A DNA stretch of 63,638 bases, the filler included, from Stramenopiles sp. TOSAG23-3 (Eukaryota): the NCBI GenBank assembly GCA_900128585.1. It is 12 parts of 12 records of this genome, joined end to end, with 100 filler letters (N's around TTAATTAATTAA, not from the genome) between each part and the next. Parts side by side here need not be neighbours in the genome. Positions count along the whole stretch, not along the records: positions 1 to 5,606 come from LT643475.1; positions 5,707 to 11,312 come from LT643476.1; 10 more parts are not named here. The stretch is one strand, 5' to 3'. Every line of letters begins with the position of its first letter. The stretch's first letter is position 1. The notes below the pieces were generated by a model. That model saw nothing but the letters and a program-made list of their open reading frames with translations, had not been told where the DNA came from and made no database searches. Position numbers and translations under genes: made by a program. Shown piece after piece: positions 1 through 10,688 of the stretch.

Positions 1-753
1 AGAGAGATGACCGAACGTTTTCTGAAAACGCATTCATTGGATTCATAGGGAAGTACCGAACCACTTTTTTATATAAGTAGTCGGTCTATAATGATCAACA
101 GGAGAAAACATTGGTGGTGGCGTACGTTCGTATGCATGGCATGGCGCGCATCCTATTGTAGTCTAATAATTTGCCGTGCGATTTATTTTATTGTACTATT
201 GTGCATGGAGTCGTATTCTAATAAGAACACCGAAACAATACTGTCCCCTGTTTATTTCTGATAAAACATAGGATTGCACTCAAATATTTACAAGTACAAA
301 ATAATTCTATAGTAAAATACCTATATATTTTTCCCGACTACCGTTACGGTTTGAGTTTGTGTTATTATTAGCCAAGAAGCCAAGAAGACACTATTTACGT
401 GCCACACAGTACGGTACCAGAGTATGAATGTATATGCCAATGGAATAATAATAATAATAATAATAATAATACCGCGGTGGGAGGTAGGAGTAATAATAGG
501 CACACCACATGAAGAAAAAAAAAAATATAATTTTATTATTATTATTATTATTGGTCCATTATAGCTTCTTTGTTTGTTGGAATTAACTTTATTCCATGCA
601 TTCATTGTACATTAATATAGACGATTAGAAAACCCAAGCATAGCACGGGAGCACACGCAGTCTAGTTCTAGACGCATCCTTTTTTAAAGAAAGCGAATAA
701 GAACATTTATTGATATGCCTGATTGAGCGAGCACTTGTAGAGTGGAATAAACG

Positions 754-3700
754 ATGAGCTCGAGGAGAGACGCCGCGAAGGACTGTCTGACTGAGGAGCA
801 GGAAGATGACTACCGTGGTTATGTCAGCGATGCAATGGGCTTGTTGCGGGAAGGAAATTACAAAGGGGCCGAAGAGCTGCTTCAGCTGGCTTGCAGCCTA
901 GTTATGACAGACAAAGTACGGTACGCCAGTCTGCTACGTAAAATGTCCGTGCTTTACGAACAGCAGGACAGAGTCGACGAGTCGCATGCCACTTGGGAGT
1001 ACGCGCAAATCTTAGAAAAGACACCCGGTTTCGGCCGGTCCAACAAGCTTTTGGAATTCATAAAGGGTGGTGAGCAAACGACAGAGACCATGGATCCCCA
1101 GGAGACTAAAACAAAGGCACCGCCAGTACTCACGTTAGAACAAGTAAAAGAACGCCAATGGGAAAATTACACGAGAAACGTGGAACGGTTTCAGCGCGAA
1201 CACCGTCAAACCGAAGACTACGTGAAAGCGAACGAGCGCTTTGTTTCATCGGTAGTATCTATGGTGCAGGAAGAAAGTACCGAGGGGATAGAGCTGAAAA
1301 GCTTGAAAAAAAATACTATTGCTTTGGCAACTGCGATTGCCAACGTTCGACCGGGGGAAACGGTAAGGGAGAAAGATTTTTCAGTACAGTGGAATAAAAA
1401 CGACAAGATGAAAAGCCTTGCTTCAAAGAAACAAAAGCCGATAAAAAAGCGGGCCGCTGCCGGTCGACGAAAGAAGAAAAAGCAATCTCTCGAAGAGTTA
1501 AAAAAGCTTCTTAGAAGCGAAAAGCACCAAGACGAAGCTGGAAAAACCGCATTAACAATAGCACTACGCTACGTTGCGCAAAAACAACCGAAAATGGCGT
1601 TTTCTTTTTTAAAGAAGTCCTTTGTGAAAGAATACCGCATGAACGAAGAGTTGGCCCTGGAATACTCTGAATTGGAAGGCAGCAGAAGCTCTTGGCGGTC
1701 GATGCGGGACAAACGTGAAGGGGAGGAAAACGTATTGGAAGTTAGGGGTTTAATTGAAGAAAGCGATAAAGTCATGCTCAGGGCACTCAGAGGGATATGG
1801 GAGTTGCTTTTGGACTGCCCAATAGCAGCATTCAATGCCACGGTCGTGCAACTAGCAAGCGCCCACAACATAGAGGAAGCTCGGGTGTGGAACCCAAGCC
1901 CACCAGTGGACGAAAATACACCAAAATATATATACTGTGCGGCTCCCATTGCAGCAAAATTTGCCCGCAAATGGCTTAGTTTGCACCCTCAAACAGAGGC
2001 CGAGCTGGTTGCTAGAAGAAGCTGGCAATCCGGAGCCCCAGACAGACGCCGTGAATCGCTCTTGTACTTGATAGGAAAATTGCACGGGGTGGTGAACGGG
2101 CCATGTGGTGACTTGCTTGTTGAAGTTTACGAAGAGCTTCTAGAGACCAAACACGACGGAGTAGACGTTTCTTTGATTCGTGCAGCAGGAAACCTGTATG
2201 TTAGAAGGAAACATTTTAGGAGAGCCCAGGAGCTGCTTGCTCGGGCAGAAGGAGTAGAAAGGGGGGAAAGTAGGTCATACGCACCATCACTTCGATCACA
2301 TGGCGACCCACAATTGCACAACACCCTTCATATTGACCCCGCAGTTTCCTCGTACTTGAAGTCATTACCGCGAATGATTCGGGATGCTAATAAGGTTGAT
2401 ATTGACGAAACCATAGAGGCCGCACCTAATACGGGCAGGTCTGGAACACTCGAACACAGCCTTAAAAGTACCGCAGGGCGTGGAAAATTTGGGGAGCATG
2501 GAGATCCCCGTTCGGACACATGGGACAATGGGCTGTTAAGCCCCGGAATTTCATCCTCGCTTTACAAATTGGGAGCGCGCAGGGATGATCTTGTTGTCCC
2601 AACGACCATTGGGCGGGATAGGGACAAAGATCCATTCTTAAGATCTGTTGGCATAGAAGGTAGAACAATTGCAGCAACCGGAGGAGTCCAAATTATAGGG
2701 AAGTTGACAAAGAATTTAGACTTACGCTCTGGAGGATCTAGAGTCTTGAATCAAGACGATATGTCAAAGAAAAGGCGAATGCAAGGACAGAAACTTTTGT
2801 GGCGCTCTCATGTGGGCCACGCGCCGCAGATGGCAGCATCTCCCCAAGGCAACATCGGCAAGTACGACGGAGAAGAAGCACCGTGGAAGGGTGAGCCCCA
2901 ACGAACTTGGATGAGGCCATATATCGACGAGGGTAAAACTATTTTGAACGAAACTATTGGACAATCTACGCGCCCAACAGGATTTTCGAGCCTGAAAAGC
3001 ACACCGTTCAAGCGAGGAGGGCAAAGGCTAGAAGAAACCATTTTGGGAGTTTCAACACGGGACAGATTTAGCAGTAGCAACGAAGGGGCTGACGCGTCGT
3101 CATTTGGAAATATCGGTGAGACACAAAGGCTTGGTACATCCATGTCCATGTCTATTATTTCAAATGATGGGGGTAGCATGGGCAATTTGCTGCAGCGATC
3201 ACCCTCAGTCAGCAGCAATAGAGTGAAGACGAGGGGCCAGGAGTATCGCGAGTCTGCGTTGAAGCTAGAAAATCTGAGAGAAGCCTCTAGAAAGCAAGTT
3301 CGGGAGTTTGTTTCGAGAGAACGAACCAGATCAGCCGTCACGACGGCGGACCGGGCACGTTCTCCGACCCCAGCATCACCAGGCGGAATGGCATCGTGGT
3401 GGCTCGACGAAGATCTGAATATGGCAGCAATCGAGCCACTTGGTAGTGCAGCTGGAAGCAAACGACCAGGTTCTCAAGACAGTGGCAAAATGCAGAAAAC
3501 CGCACCGTCGTCCGCACACAGTAGTAGGCTTTCTTTGGGCAGTGGTGGGGAGGAAAAAAGTAATTCTCGTGCAATGGCTGTCGGTTCAAAGTTAGATAAT
3601 CTTGCCCCGAATAGTCTTGAGAAGGCATCGCAACTAACAGATGGTTTAGGAAAGGATAGTTTGGACTTGTTTTTTGATAGCAGACCCTCCACCAGAAGTA

Positions 3701-3969
3701 ACGTGCGCTCTAGACATTCAAACAGTCGAAACTCAACGAAGCCACACAAATCTTTGAGAACAGGCACGGCGGGGAGCGACCGAAAGGAGACATCAGCTCC
3801 GATAAAAGGAAATGCCAATTCTGACAGTGCGCGCGGAAGAAAAACTGAACCAAAGGCGCCGACACCGGGGCTAAACACTACTAGTAAACGTACCACCGCC
3901 TCAAAAAATGGCGCGTTGTTTTCTTCTAGAAAAAATATGATGCAGTTTGCGAAAGCCGTTAAGCGGTAG
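754..3969 (+). CDS. Hypothetical protein with helical (TPR-like) N-terminal half and long Ser/Arg/Gly-rich disordered C-terminus
   Basis: Uninterrupted 1071-codon ATG-initiated ORF flanked by AT-rich DNA. TPR-like helices (LLREGNYKGAEELLQLA; GNLYVRRKHFRRAQELLARA). No family recognised. Confidence 0.75.
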   Translation: MSSRRDAAKDCLTEEQEDDYRGYVSDAMGLLREGNYKGAEELLQLACSLVMTDKVRYASLLRKMSVLYEQQDRVDESHATWEYAQILEKTPGFGRSNKLLEFIKGGEQTTETMDPQETKTKAPPVLTLEQVKERQWENYTRNVERFQREHRQTEDYVKANERFVSSVVSMVQEESTEGIELKSLKKNTIALATAIANVRPGETVREKDFSVQWNKNDKMKSLASKKQKPIKKRAAAGRRKKKKQSLEELKKLLRSEKHQDEAGKTALTIALRYVAQKQPKMAFSFLKKSFVKEYRMNEELALEYSELEGSRSSWRSMRDKREGEENVLEVRGLIEESDKVMLRALRGIWELLLDCPIAAFNATVVQLASAHNIEEARVWNPSPPVDENTPKYIYCAAPIAAKFARKWLSLHPQTEAELVARRSWQSGAPDRRRESLLYLIGKLHGVVNGPCGDLLVEVYEELLETKHDGVDVSLIRAAGNLYVRRKHFRRAQELLARAEGVERGESRSYAPSLRSHGDPQLHNTLHIDPAVSSYLKSLPRMIRDANKVDIDETIEAAPNTGRSGTLEHSLKSTAGRGKFGEHGDPRSDTWDNGLLSPGISSSLYKLGARRDDLVVPTTIGRDRDKDPFLRSVGIEGRTIAATGGVQIIGKLTKNLDLRSGGSRVLNQDDMSKKRRMQGQKLLWRSHVGHAPQMAASPQGNIGKYDGEEAPWKGEPQRTWMRPYIDEGKTILNETIGQSTRPTGFSSLKSTPFKRGGQRLEETILGVSTRDRFSSSNEGADASSFGNIGETQRLGTSMSMSIISNDGGSMGNLLQRSPSVSSNRVKTRGQEYRESALKLENLREASRKQVREFVSRERTRSAVTTADRARSPTPASPGGMASWWLDEDLNMAAIEPLGSAAGSKRPGSQDSGKMQKTAPSSAHSSRLSLGSGGEEKSNSRAMAVGSKLDNLAPNSLEKASQLTDGLGKDSLDLFFDSRPSTRSNVRSRHSNSRNSTKPHKSLRTGTAGSDRKETSAPIKGNANSDSARGRKTEPKAPTPGLNTTSKRTTASKNGALFSSRKNMMQFAKAVKR

Positions 3970-4091
3970 ATTTGATTGTTTAACGAGGGTTGTAAATACG
4001 AAAAGTGTTCCATTACTCTTTAAAAAACCAAACACAAAACCTAAATTCAGTTTTTCACTTACAATTTCCTTATCAAGAAGATGGTGATTTC

Positions 4092-4838
4092 TTAATCCAG
4101 CAACCTGAAATGTCTAATATCTTTCACCATTCCAGTACAGCTAGCCTGAAGGTTTTCTATTTCCTTTCGAAGAAGATTTTTGTTTTTGGTCTTCGAGAAT
4201 TTACCACTCTTACGTTTTTGGTATGTGCTCACCTTCACATCATAATTTCGCCTTGACATTAAAAGCTCGGAATTTGCTTGATGCACTTGATTCTTTATCG
4301 ACTGCAACTTTGCCTTAAAGTTGTCGGCTTTAAGCGACTCTTTTGCGATGGATTCGACTAACGTGTTGATTTGCTTTGTAACACTCTCGTCCTTTTTCTT
4401 CTTCGCCAACAGTTCATTCTGAACCATAAAACCCTTGGGTATGGGGCGATTATTAATGTATTCTTTCCCGCGAAATTTATGAGCTGAAATAACATATCGG
4501 GCTAAACGTCCAAACCGTATTTTCTCATGTAAATCGTTCTCAAATGACACTGCGGCCAGCTGTTGGTTTTCAGTGTCGGACTCGAACTTATCTATCTCTT
4601 CGGAATAATTGGAGCTATTGACTTCAGCAGCACAGGCCCTTCGCATGTTGTCGTGTCGTTCCTGGTTTATTTGGTGTAATCGTTGCGTTTTGTTAAGGAA
4701 TTCTTTTTTATATTTTTTTTGCTCGTTTTCAAGCTTTACAATCAAATTCTCAGCAGCTAAAATCTCGGTCTTCTTTTTCTCAGTCTTTGCCCCCACTTCT
4801 TCTACTTTGTGCAGCAAGAAGTCAAACTCGTTACTCAT
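4092..4838 (-). CDS. Coiled-coil hypothetical protein; true start may lie upstream (frame open to 4913)
   Basis: 248-aa Lys/Glu-rich ORF with heptad-like character, convergent with 754..3969. Confidence 0.65.
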   Translation of the reverse strand: MSNEFDFLLHKVEEVGAKTEKKKTEILAAENLIVKLENEQKKYKKEFLNKTQRLHQINQERHDNMRRACAAEVNSSNYSEEIDKFESDTENQQLAAVSFENDLHEKIRFGRLARYVISAHKFRGKEYINNRPIPKGFMVQNELLAKKKKDESVTKQINTLVESIAKESLKADNFKAKLQSIKNQVHQANSELLMSRRNYDVKVSTYQKRKSGKFSKTKNKNLLRKEIENLQASCTGMVKDIRHFRLLD

Positions 4839-5277
4839 TTCGTTGATGTCTGTTTTGGCCAGAAGGTTGTTCTTTAGTTTAAACGTTTCTGATACAGCAC
4901 TCTTAGTTTGGTTTCATTCACGCGTTTGTAATGATAAAATAAATAGCAATTACTCCATTTAAGTAAGAAATATACAAACAATATGTGTGTTCATATATCT
5001 TGTATATATATATGATCATGAAAGCGAAATGTTCGTTTTCTTTTCATGCTTGCTGATTCTTTTATTTTTTGATAGTATTGCATCATTTTTTCTCGTTGTT
5101 GGTGCGTGTGCTGCCCATGCTGTTGTAAGTTACGAAGGTAATAAATAATATAGTCGTATAGTCGTCTAATAATAGTCCAAATAATCTAAAAAAATAGTTG
5201 TAATATATTTTATTCCACATGGATTTTTTTACCCATCACAAAAGATGATGTACAGTAAAATTATTCAAAATATCTTT

Positions 5278-5606
5278 TTCTCTTCTTCTCTCTTCTTCTC
5301 TCTTCTTCTCTCTTCTTCTCTCTTCTTCTCTCTTCTTCTTCTTCTTCTCTCTTCTTCTCTCTTCTTCTCTCTTCTTCTCTCTTCTTCTTCTTTCTTCTTC
5401 TTCTTCTTCTCTTTCTTCTTCTTCTTCTTCTTCTCTCTTCTTCTCTCTTCTTCTTCTTCTCTCTTCTTCTCTCTTCTTCTTCTTCTCTCTTCTTCTTTCT
5501 TCTTCTCTCTTCTTCTTTCTTCTTCTTTCTTCTCTCTTCTCTCTTCTCTCTTCTCTCTTCTCTCTTCTCTCTTCTCTCTTCTCTCTTCTCTCTTCTCTCT
5601 TCTCTC
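5278..5606. repeat. Compound (CTT)/(CT)/(CTCTT) polypyrimidine microsatellite at contig end
   Basis: About 330 nt consisting only of C and T, running into the gap. Confidence 0.95.
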
Positions 5607-5706
5607 NNNNNNNNNNNNNNNNNNNNNNNNNNNNNNNNNNNNNNNNNNNNTTAATTAATTAANNNNNNNNNNNNNNNNNNNNNNNNNNNNNNNNNNNNNN
5701 NNNNNN
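5607..5706. other. Artificial contig linker N44-TTAATTAATTAA-N44; identical linkers at 11313-11412, 17018-17117, 22723-22822, 28419-28518, 34110-34209, 39801-39900, 45486-45585, 51170-51269, 56854-56953, 62532-62631
   Basis: Same 100-nt structure each time, and the 12-mer gives stops in all six frames. Contig lengths between linkers are non-increasing (5606, 5605, 5605, 5596, 5591, 5591, 5585, 5584, 5584, 5578). Confidence 0.98.
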
Positions 5707-6002
5707 AATCAATGAAAATGAATGCGATCTATTCTTTTGAAAGAAGAAAACTATGAGAGAGAGGAGAGAGAGAGGTTGATTCATTTCTTTACATTCAATG
5801 CATGCCTAATTTTTGTAAATTATTCTTTGTGGAAGAAGAAAACAGGAAAGCTGAAGGAAATATTTGTTCGCGTGTAATAGTTTAAAAAAAAAGGAGTTAG
5901 GATACATTTAGGTTGTGTATCTATCATCTTTGGTCGTGAAAACCAATATTATTATAGTCAGTAGTTTGGGAACGTGCCTTTGGTGTGCGCCTTTTGAAAA
6001 AT

Positions 6003-6917
6003 ATGTCCGGGAACAGAATGGATGAGCTTGATGCACTTTTGAACGAGGTAGAAGAGGCAGTTAAACCGTCGGCCTCGTCGCTCTCGTCGTCGTACTCTTC
6101 CACCGACCGTTCGTCGTACAACAAAAACAACGTTTCTCCGCCTGCATTTTCCCCCTCCAGCCGGTTGACGTCTGGGCTGTCGGACTACCGCGGTCGAACG
6201 CCACCGTCCGACAACGGTCAGATGGACCGTGGGGGCAGTTTTTCAATGGGGGGTGGCCGCAAAAGTGGCTCGTTTGGTTCCAGCTACGACGGCGGAGCTG
6301 GGTATGGGGGTCGCTCCTCGTTTTCATCGCGAAACGCTTACAAAGAGAACACGCCGCCGTCCACCCCTCCCGGCGAAGGGTTCGATACCCCAACGCCCCG
6401 CGGGAACGCCCCCAAGAATAGTTTCGACGTGGACGATATTGACGACTTGTTAGGTATGACGGAGATCAGCGCGAAGACTGGGGGGAGTCGAGGATCGAGG
6501 CGCCAAGCTGCGTCCAGGCGGCGGTCGTCTGCCCCAGTGAACACGCTGCGGCGGCGAGCGAGTGAGGCAGGGGCCGGGGTAGGGAATGTAAAGCGTGGCG
6601 GGATGGTCTTGATAGGCGGTACCATCTGTTCCCTTGGGCCCGAGCCTTCAAAGTTTCGAAATGTGGTGAACGACCACCTACTATGCACAAAGTGCATGTG
6701 TGAAGTTGTTCGTTTTGAAGACGTAGAGTGGGGGAAAGATGCAGATTACATATTTTTTCGAAATTACTGGCCAGATGCGGATCGCCTGTGCGATAAGATG
6801 AAGCGCCGCGATGGGTCGGCCGCGTACTGCTGCCAGTGCTCATCGATATCGGTAACCGACATTCAGACCGTGGATCGCCACGATGAGAATATTGGTTGTT
6901 GGAAGGGGACAGAGTAG
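6003..6917 (+). CDS. CFAP418: Cilia-associated protein CFAP418/C8orf37 homologue (retinal maintenance domain)
   Basis: N-terminal MDELDALLNEVE and C-terminal LLCTKC...W...DYIFFRNYWPD...AYCCQCS match the C8orf37 pattern. First in-frame ATG at 6003. Confidence 0.85.
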   Translation: MSGNRMDELDALLNEVEEAVKPSASSLSSSYSSTDRSSYNKNNVSPPAFSPSSRLTSGLSDYRGRTPPSDNGQMDRGGSFSMGGGRKSGSFGSSYDGGAGYGGRSSFSSRNAYKENTPPSTPPGEGFDTPTPRGNAPKNSFDVDDIDDLLGMTEISAKTGGSRGSRRQAASRRRSSAPVNTLRRRASEAGAGVGNVKRGGMVLIGGTICSLGPEPSKFRNVVNDHLLCTKCMCEVVRFEDVEWGKDADYIFFRNYWPDADRLCDKMKRRDGSAAYCCQCSSISVTDIQTVDRHDENIGCWKGTE

Positions 6918-7216
6918 GGCGTGCTAGAGTGCACGGGCCAATTGTTGATCTGAGGAAGGTTGAACTATTTTATGTCATTAAAGTGTGTAATTAGTTTTGA
7001 AACTTTTTAATTAACTTACCGCTTGTTCATGAAACCCCAAAGCAAAGTTTGAGATTAAAGTCCTATCATACGCACAACGCAACAAGTCCGTGTGAATAAA
7101 AGAAATAAAAAAACGCACATTATGAAAAAAACAAATTGTATAAAAAACGCGCACATTATCTTATTAATCTTCTTAAAATCTATTTTAAACAACCTGTGTC
7201 TTCCTCCCCTTTCGTC

Positions 7217-9181
7217 TTACGTCTTCTCGATCTCAATCTTTGTTGGGTGTGGCCCAACCGGCTCCTTCAACGCATCCTTGTGGCCGTGAAATCGATGCAC
7301 CAGCTCGCGAATCAACGAACGGATCGCTGCGGAGTACTTTGATACCGTATTTTCCCAAAAGTCCAGCTTCTCCTTCCGCTTCTTCAAGTCGATCAGTTTC
7401 AAAGCCATTTCCCTCGCAATCTCCATGTCCCCGGGGCTGAACAAGGCTTTCAAGTGGTGGCTCGTGGGCGGCATGTCGCGCGAAGGGACAATCGAATTTT
7501 CCCACGCACCGGAAAAGAAGCTCTTTGATTTGAACTCGCGGTACTGCTCTTCTTTCTGAAGTGCAAAACTGTACCAATTCACCCATATTCGAGTCTTGTT
7601 GGCCGTGTTCCGCCACCCTGGCACCCCATGCTCGATGTGTATCACGAACGCCTCGGGAAGCACAATAAATTTATAGTCCTGCATGTAAAGGTCAAAAATG
7701 TGCGAGGACTTGTCGTGCCCATACCCACTGAAGCGCTGGTCGTAGCGCGGCATATCTTTGGATACCACCACGTATGGCTCAAAGAACAGCTCGTACAAGA
7801 TTTGAAACGGGTTCTTGGTCTTGTACCAGCGCTTGTAGTTCGTGGCCCCGTGCGCGGCTTCAAGCTTGGCAGCGTGGACGGGCTTGACTACCTTCAAATT
7901 GATAAGCCGCACAAGGTCCGGGCGGTCCCTCGGCCACTTCTTTATCGTCGAGGCCCCGAACGCTGGGACGACGTACGCGGCTTTCTCCAGCCCCTTGATC
8001 CGACGAAGCTTTGGGAACAAGTCCTTCACGTACTCCCTCATCCCTGGGTTGGGAATGAAGTCTACGTCCAGCAAAAACAGCTGGTCGGTCCGGGCATGCT
8101 CCCATGCCACGTTTCGCAGCATGTTGATGGGGTACGGGGCGTCTGCCATGTAGGCGTCACGGGTCACCAGGTGAATGTCCACATGGGTGCGGACCAGCTC
8201 GCTCTTCTGCCACAACGAGAGGATGAGCCTCGTCGCTTCAAAATTGTCCTTCTTCGTTGCATAGACGGCCGCACTGATCGGGCCCTTCCAGACCCGCGCG
8301 ATTTGTTGGATGCGCTGCAGGCGGTCCGCGCTCAACTGGGTCACCAGAGTGATGTCGGATTTGTCCGGGTTCTGCGTCGCCGCCAAAAAGTTGTTGATGA
8401 CATGGAACGGGCCGTTGTCCGTGTCGCATACGGCAGAGGCGACGCACCAGTGCGGGGCGCCATCTTGAAACACGTCGGAGGAGCTCACCAGCAGGGACAG
8501 CGGCATTTGCTTGCTCTCCGTGAGGCTGAAATCGTCAAAAAAGGCGTACCCGTATACGTTCTCGAGAACCATGTACACCATCACCACGTGAATGGGCTTC
8601 GGCGCCGGCAAAAGAATCCCTCGTTGGTTCCAATCCTGGTCGCCGGATCCAAAAATGATGGTTTGATCCATCAGCGCAGTACCGTCTTGGTACCGGACGT
8701 CAGCGTACACCCCGACGACGCCTTCCACGTTGACCAGCTTCCCAAACACGGTAAGGAGCAGGTCCGCCGGCCGGTGCTGGTTGATATAGGCCAATTGGCC
8801 GCAACCCTGCCACGAGCCAGTCCCGTCCACCGAGAACTGCAAAGCGTACTCGCCGCTGTGCACGTACTCTGACGTTGTCATGCGGTATTCTTGGATGAAC
8901 GGCTGCCACCACATAGGGCTCACCGACCAGCTGTCCTCGCCCGTGACCATTTGTTCTATGCTCGGATTGCGCAAAAAGTTGTGCACCCCTGGGTCTGTAG
9001 TCGGAGTTGGAACAATTTTCTTCTTCTTTGCGACCGGCTTCTCCACCCAGCCCTCGTTAGTTTTATCCCCGCCGTAACCACCATACCCATCGCCACGCAC
9101 CAGCGTGGCCGCACATACCAGGCAAGACACCGTAGCAGCAAGAACAGCTTGAAGCCGGCGTTTGGGCCGAACACGACGCAT
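7217..9181 (-). CDS. GT49 (LARGE/B4GAT1-like) glycosyltransferase with signal anchor and N-terminal CBM-like beta-sandwich
   Basis: DITLVTQLSADRL, WKGPISAAVY, YPINMLRNVA, LLDVDF (DxD), FEPYVVV, RFSGYGHDK, FIVLPEAFVIH. The segment NFLRNPSIE...AFFDDFSL resembles a CBM4/9-type module. First ATG at 9181. Confidence 0.88.
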   Translation of the reverse strand: MRRVRPKRRLQAVLAATVSCLVCAATLVRGDGYGGYGGDKTNEGWVEKPVAKKKKIVPTPTTDPGVHNFLRNPSIEQMVTGEDSWSVSPMWWQPFIQEYRMTTSEYVHSGEYALQFSVDGTGSWQGCGQLAYINQHRPADLLLTVFGKLVNVEGVVGVYADVRYQDGTALMDQTIIFGSGDQDWNQRGILLPAPKPIHVVMVYMVLENVYGYAFFDDFSLTESKQMPLSLLVSSSDVFQDGAPHWCVASAVCDTDNGPFHVINNFLAATQNPDKSDITLVTQLSADRLQRIQQIARVWKGPISAAVYATKKDNFEATRLILSLWQKSELVRTHVDIHLVTRDAYMADAPYPINMLRNVAWEHARTDQLFLLDVDFIPNPGMREYVKDLFPKLRRIKGLEKAAYVVPAFGASTIKKWPRDRPDLVRLINLKVVKPVHAAKLEAAHGATNYKRWYKTKNPFQILYELFFEPYVVVSKDMPRYDQRFSGYGHDKSSHIFDLYMQDYKFIVLPEAFVIHIEHGVPGWRNTANKTRIWVNWYSFALQKEEQYREFKSKSFFSGAWENSIVPSRDMPPTSHHLKALFSPGDMEIAREMALKLIDLKKRKEKLDFWENTVSKYSAAIRSLIRELVHRFHGHKDALKEPVGPHPTKIEIEKT

Positions 9182-9998
9182 GGCGAAATCCACTAGGTCT
9201 GACGCTCAATAAAATATCAACAAGGTCCCTTTCGCTTTCACGCCCACTTTCCTCCCAAGATAGATAGATAGGTAATTAAGTAAGCTTGTTCCCTGCCGTT
9301 CTTTCGACTTTTTAGTAAATCAAAAGGATCAAATGTGATAACATCCCCTTACAAAAAGAACAAAAGTGTATCACAGTTACGTTAAAAAAAAATAGAAATA
9401 ATAATAAAAAATAAAAAAAAGAAAACGACGACGACTACACAGAGATACAGTACGAGGTACAGGTACATAATTACAGCAAAGACAATCTTGCTTTCGAAGT
9501 GGTGGTCAAAGGCACAACAAGAACCAAAAAAAAAATTAAAATATAGGAGGTTGTTAATAAAAATAAATAAAATGGATGATTAATTCTATAATAATGCTTT
9601 TTAATAAGTATATTAAAATTTGTTTTCTTTGTCACTTGATTATAGTTTGGTGTTATTATTTTTATTGAAGAGTTTGGGATTCGGTATTTTAATTAATAGG
9701 TATACAGCATAGAATTACGGCAAGTAGTTCGGATGAGAAGAGTGTAGAAGTACAACAGATTACTACGAAAGAATTAAGTAGTTTTTGTATTTTATTGGAA
9801 GTTCAGTTTTTGTTGCAAATTTTTTTAGATAATTATTAAAAGCATTTATAAACGAGCTGCTTCCTGAAACATCACTCACTACCAGTTGCACGACCTTTCG
9901 GCCGGGCCAAGATTTACGGTGTACCCGTCTTCTTTCCGTGCCCTGGTGGTTTGGACCCAGGATTGCAAGAAACTAATAGGTTCGCGTGCATACGCTGT

Positions 9999-10688
9999 TT
10001 ACAGACGCGCCGGGGCTGGCTTGCGTGGGATGCGCGGAAGGTACTTGAAGTCCCTTGGGCACAGAGGAGCTAATGAGTTGCGTGGGGAAATGATTCCCAC
10101 GTCTGCGAATAGGTTTGGCACCCAGGCGCAGATGGCGTGGGCCGGGCATGGCTTGACGATTTCTGGTCCGTCTCGGTCGAGGTGCATGCATCCACTACGC
10201 AGCCAGTATACCACAGCTTTGTCGGCGCGCAGAATACTTTCCAAATTTTCTACACACGAAATAAAGTAGTCTGGGTTCAAACCAGCACACAAGTGTGGTT
10301 GTCCGCGTTCTTTCATTTGCATGATCAAGATGCAAATCTCACAGAAGGCGTGGACTTTTCCAACCTTGGCCCCCGTGGCTACTTCAACTAGAGAAGTCTC
10401 GTCCTTCGAGGCTGCTTGTTTTTCTTGGTGCTCTATTAACGGGCGGACATGCGCAAAGTCATCTTCGGCCCCTGCTTCCAGTTCTCCGTGCCACGCGCTA
10501 AACTCTGGGCCAGCTTTGGAGGATACACTAATTTTCAACGCATCTGCATGCATTTTGCGCATGGCCTCTACATCCACGGACCGCGCGGCGGCATCCACCT
10601 GCTCCAAGGTTTTCCCGTCGCCCAGGACACCAGTTGCTGCCACCGTCAAACTAACCAATACTAACAACACCGAAGAGGAAAGCTTCAT
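9999..10688 (-). CDS. Secreted cysteine-rich protein, possibly saposin-like
   Basis: Signal peptide MKLSSSVLLVLVSLTVAATGVLG. C-terminal domain with FCEIC...LC...SC...GC...PCPAHAIC. Confidence 0.75.
   Translation of the reverse strand: MKLSSSVLLVLVSLTVAATGVLGDGKTLEQVDAAARSVDVEAMRKMHADALKISVSSKAGPEFSAWHGELEAGAEDDFAHVRPLIEHQEKQAASKDETSLVEVATGAKVGKVHAFCEICILIMQMKERGQPHLCAGLNPDYFISCVENLESILRADKAVVYWLRSGCMHLDRDGPEIVKPCPAHAICAWVPNLFADVGIISPRNSLAPLCPRDFKYLPRIPRKPAPARL

Noticed and set aside
5245-5658. Low-complexity ORFs over microsatellites (also 24616-24849, 17929-18334, 52184-52384, 321-605)
   Set aside because: These are translations of CTT/AAG/AAT simple repeats, not genes.
5651-5662. TTAATTAATTAA palindrome recurring every ~5.7 kb as a biological periodic element
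   Set aside because: It is always centred in exactly 44+44 Ns and the contigs are sorted by length, so it is an artificial six-frame-stop linker.
9873-9998. Stop-codon readthrough or structured RNA after the saposin-like gene (frame stays open ~41 codons; GGCC-GAAA-GGUC hairpin on the minus strand)
   Set aside because: An open stretch of this length is plausible by chance at this GC content, other genes have similar GC-rich tails, and I found no riboswitch, snRNA or SRP consensus.
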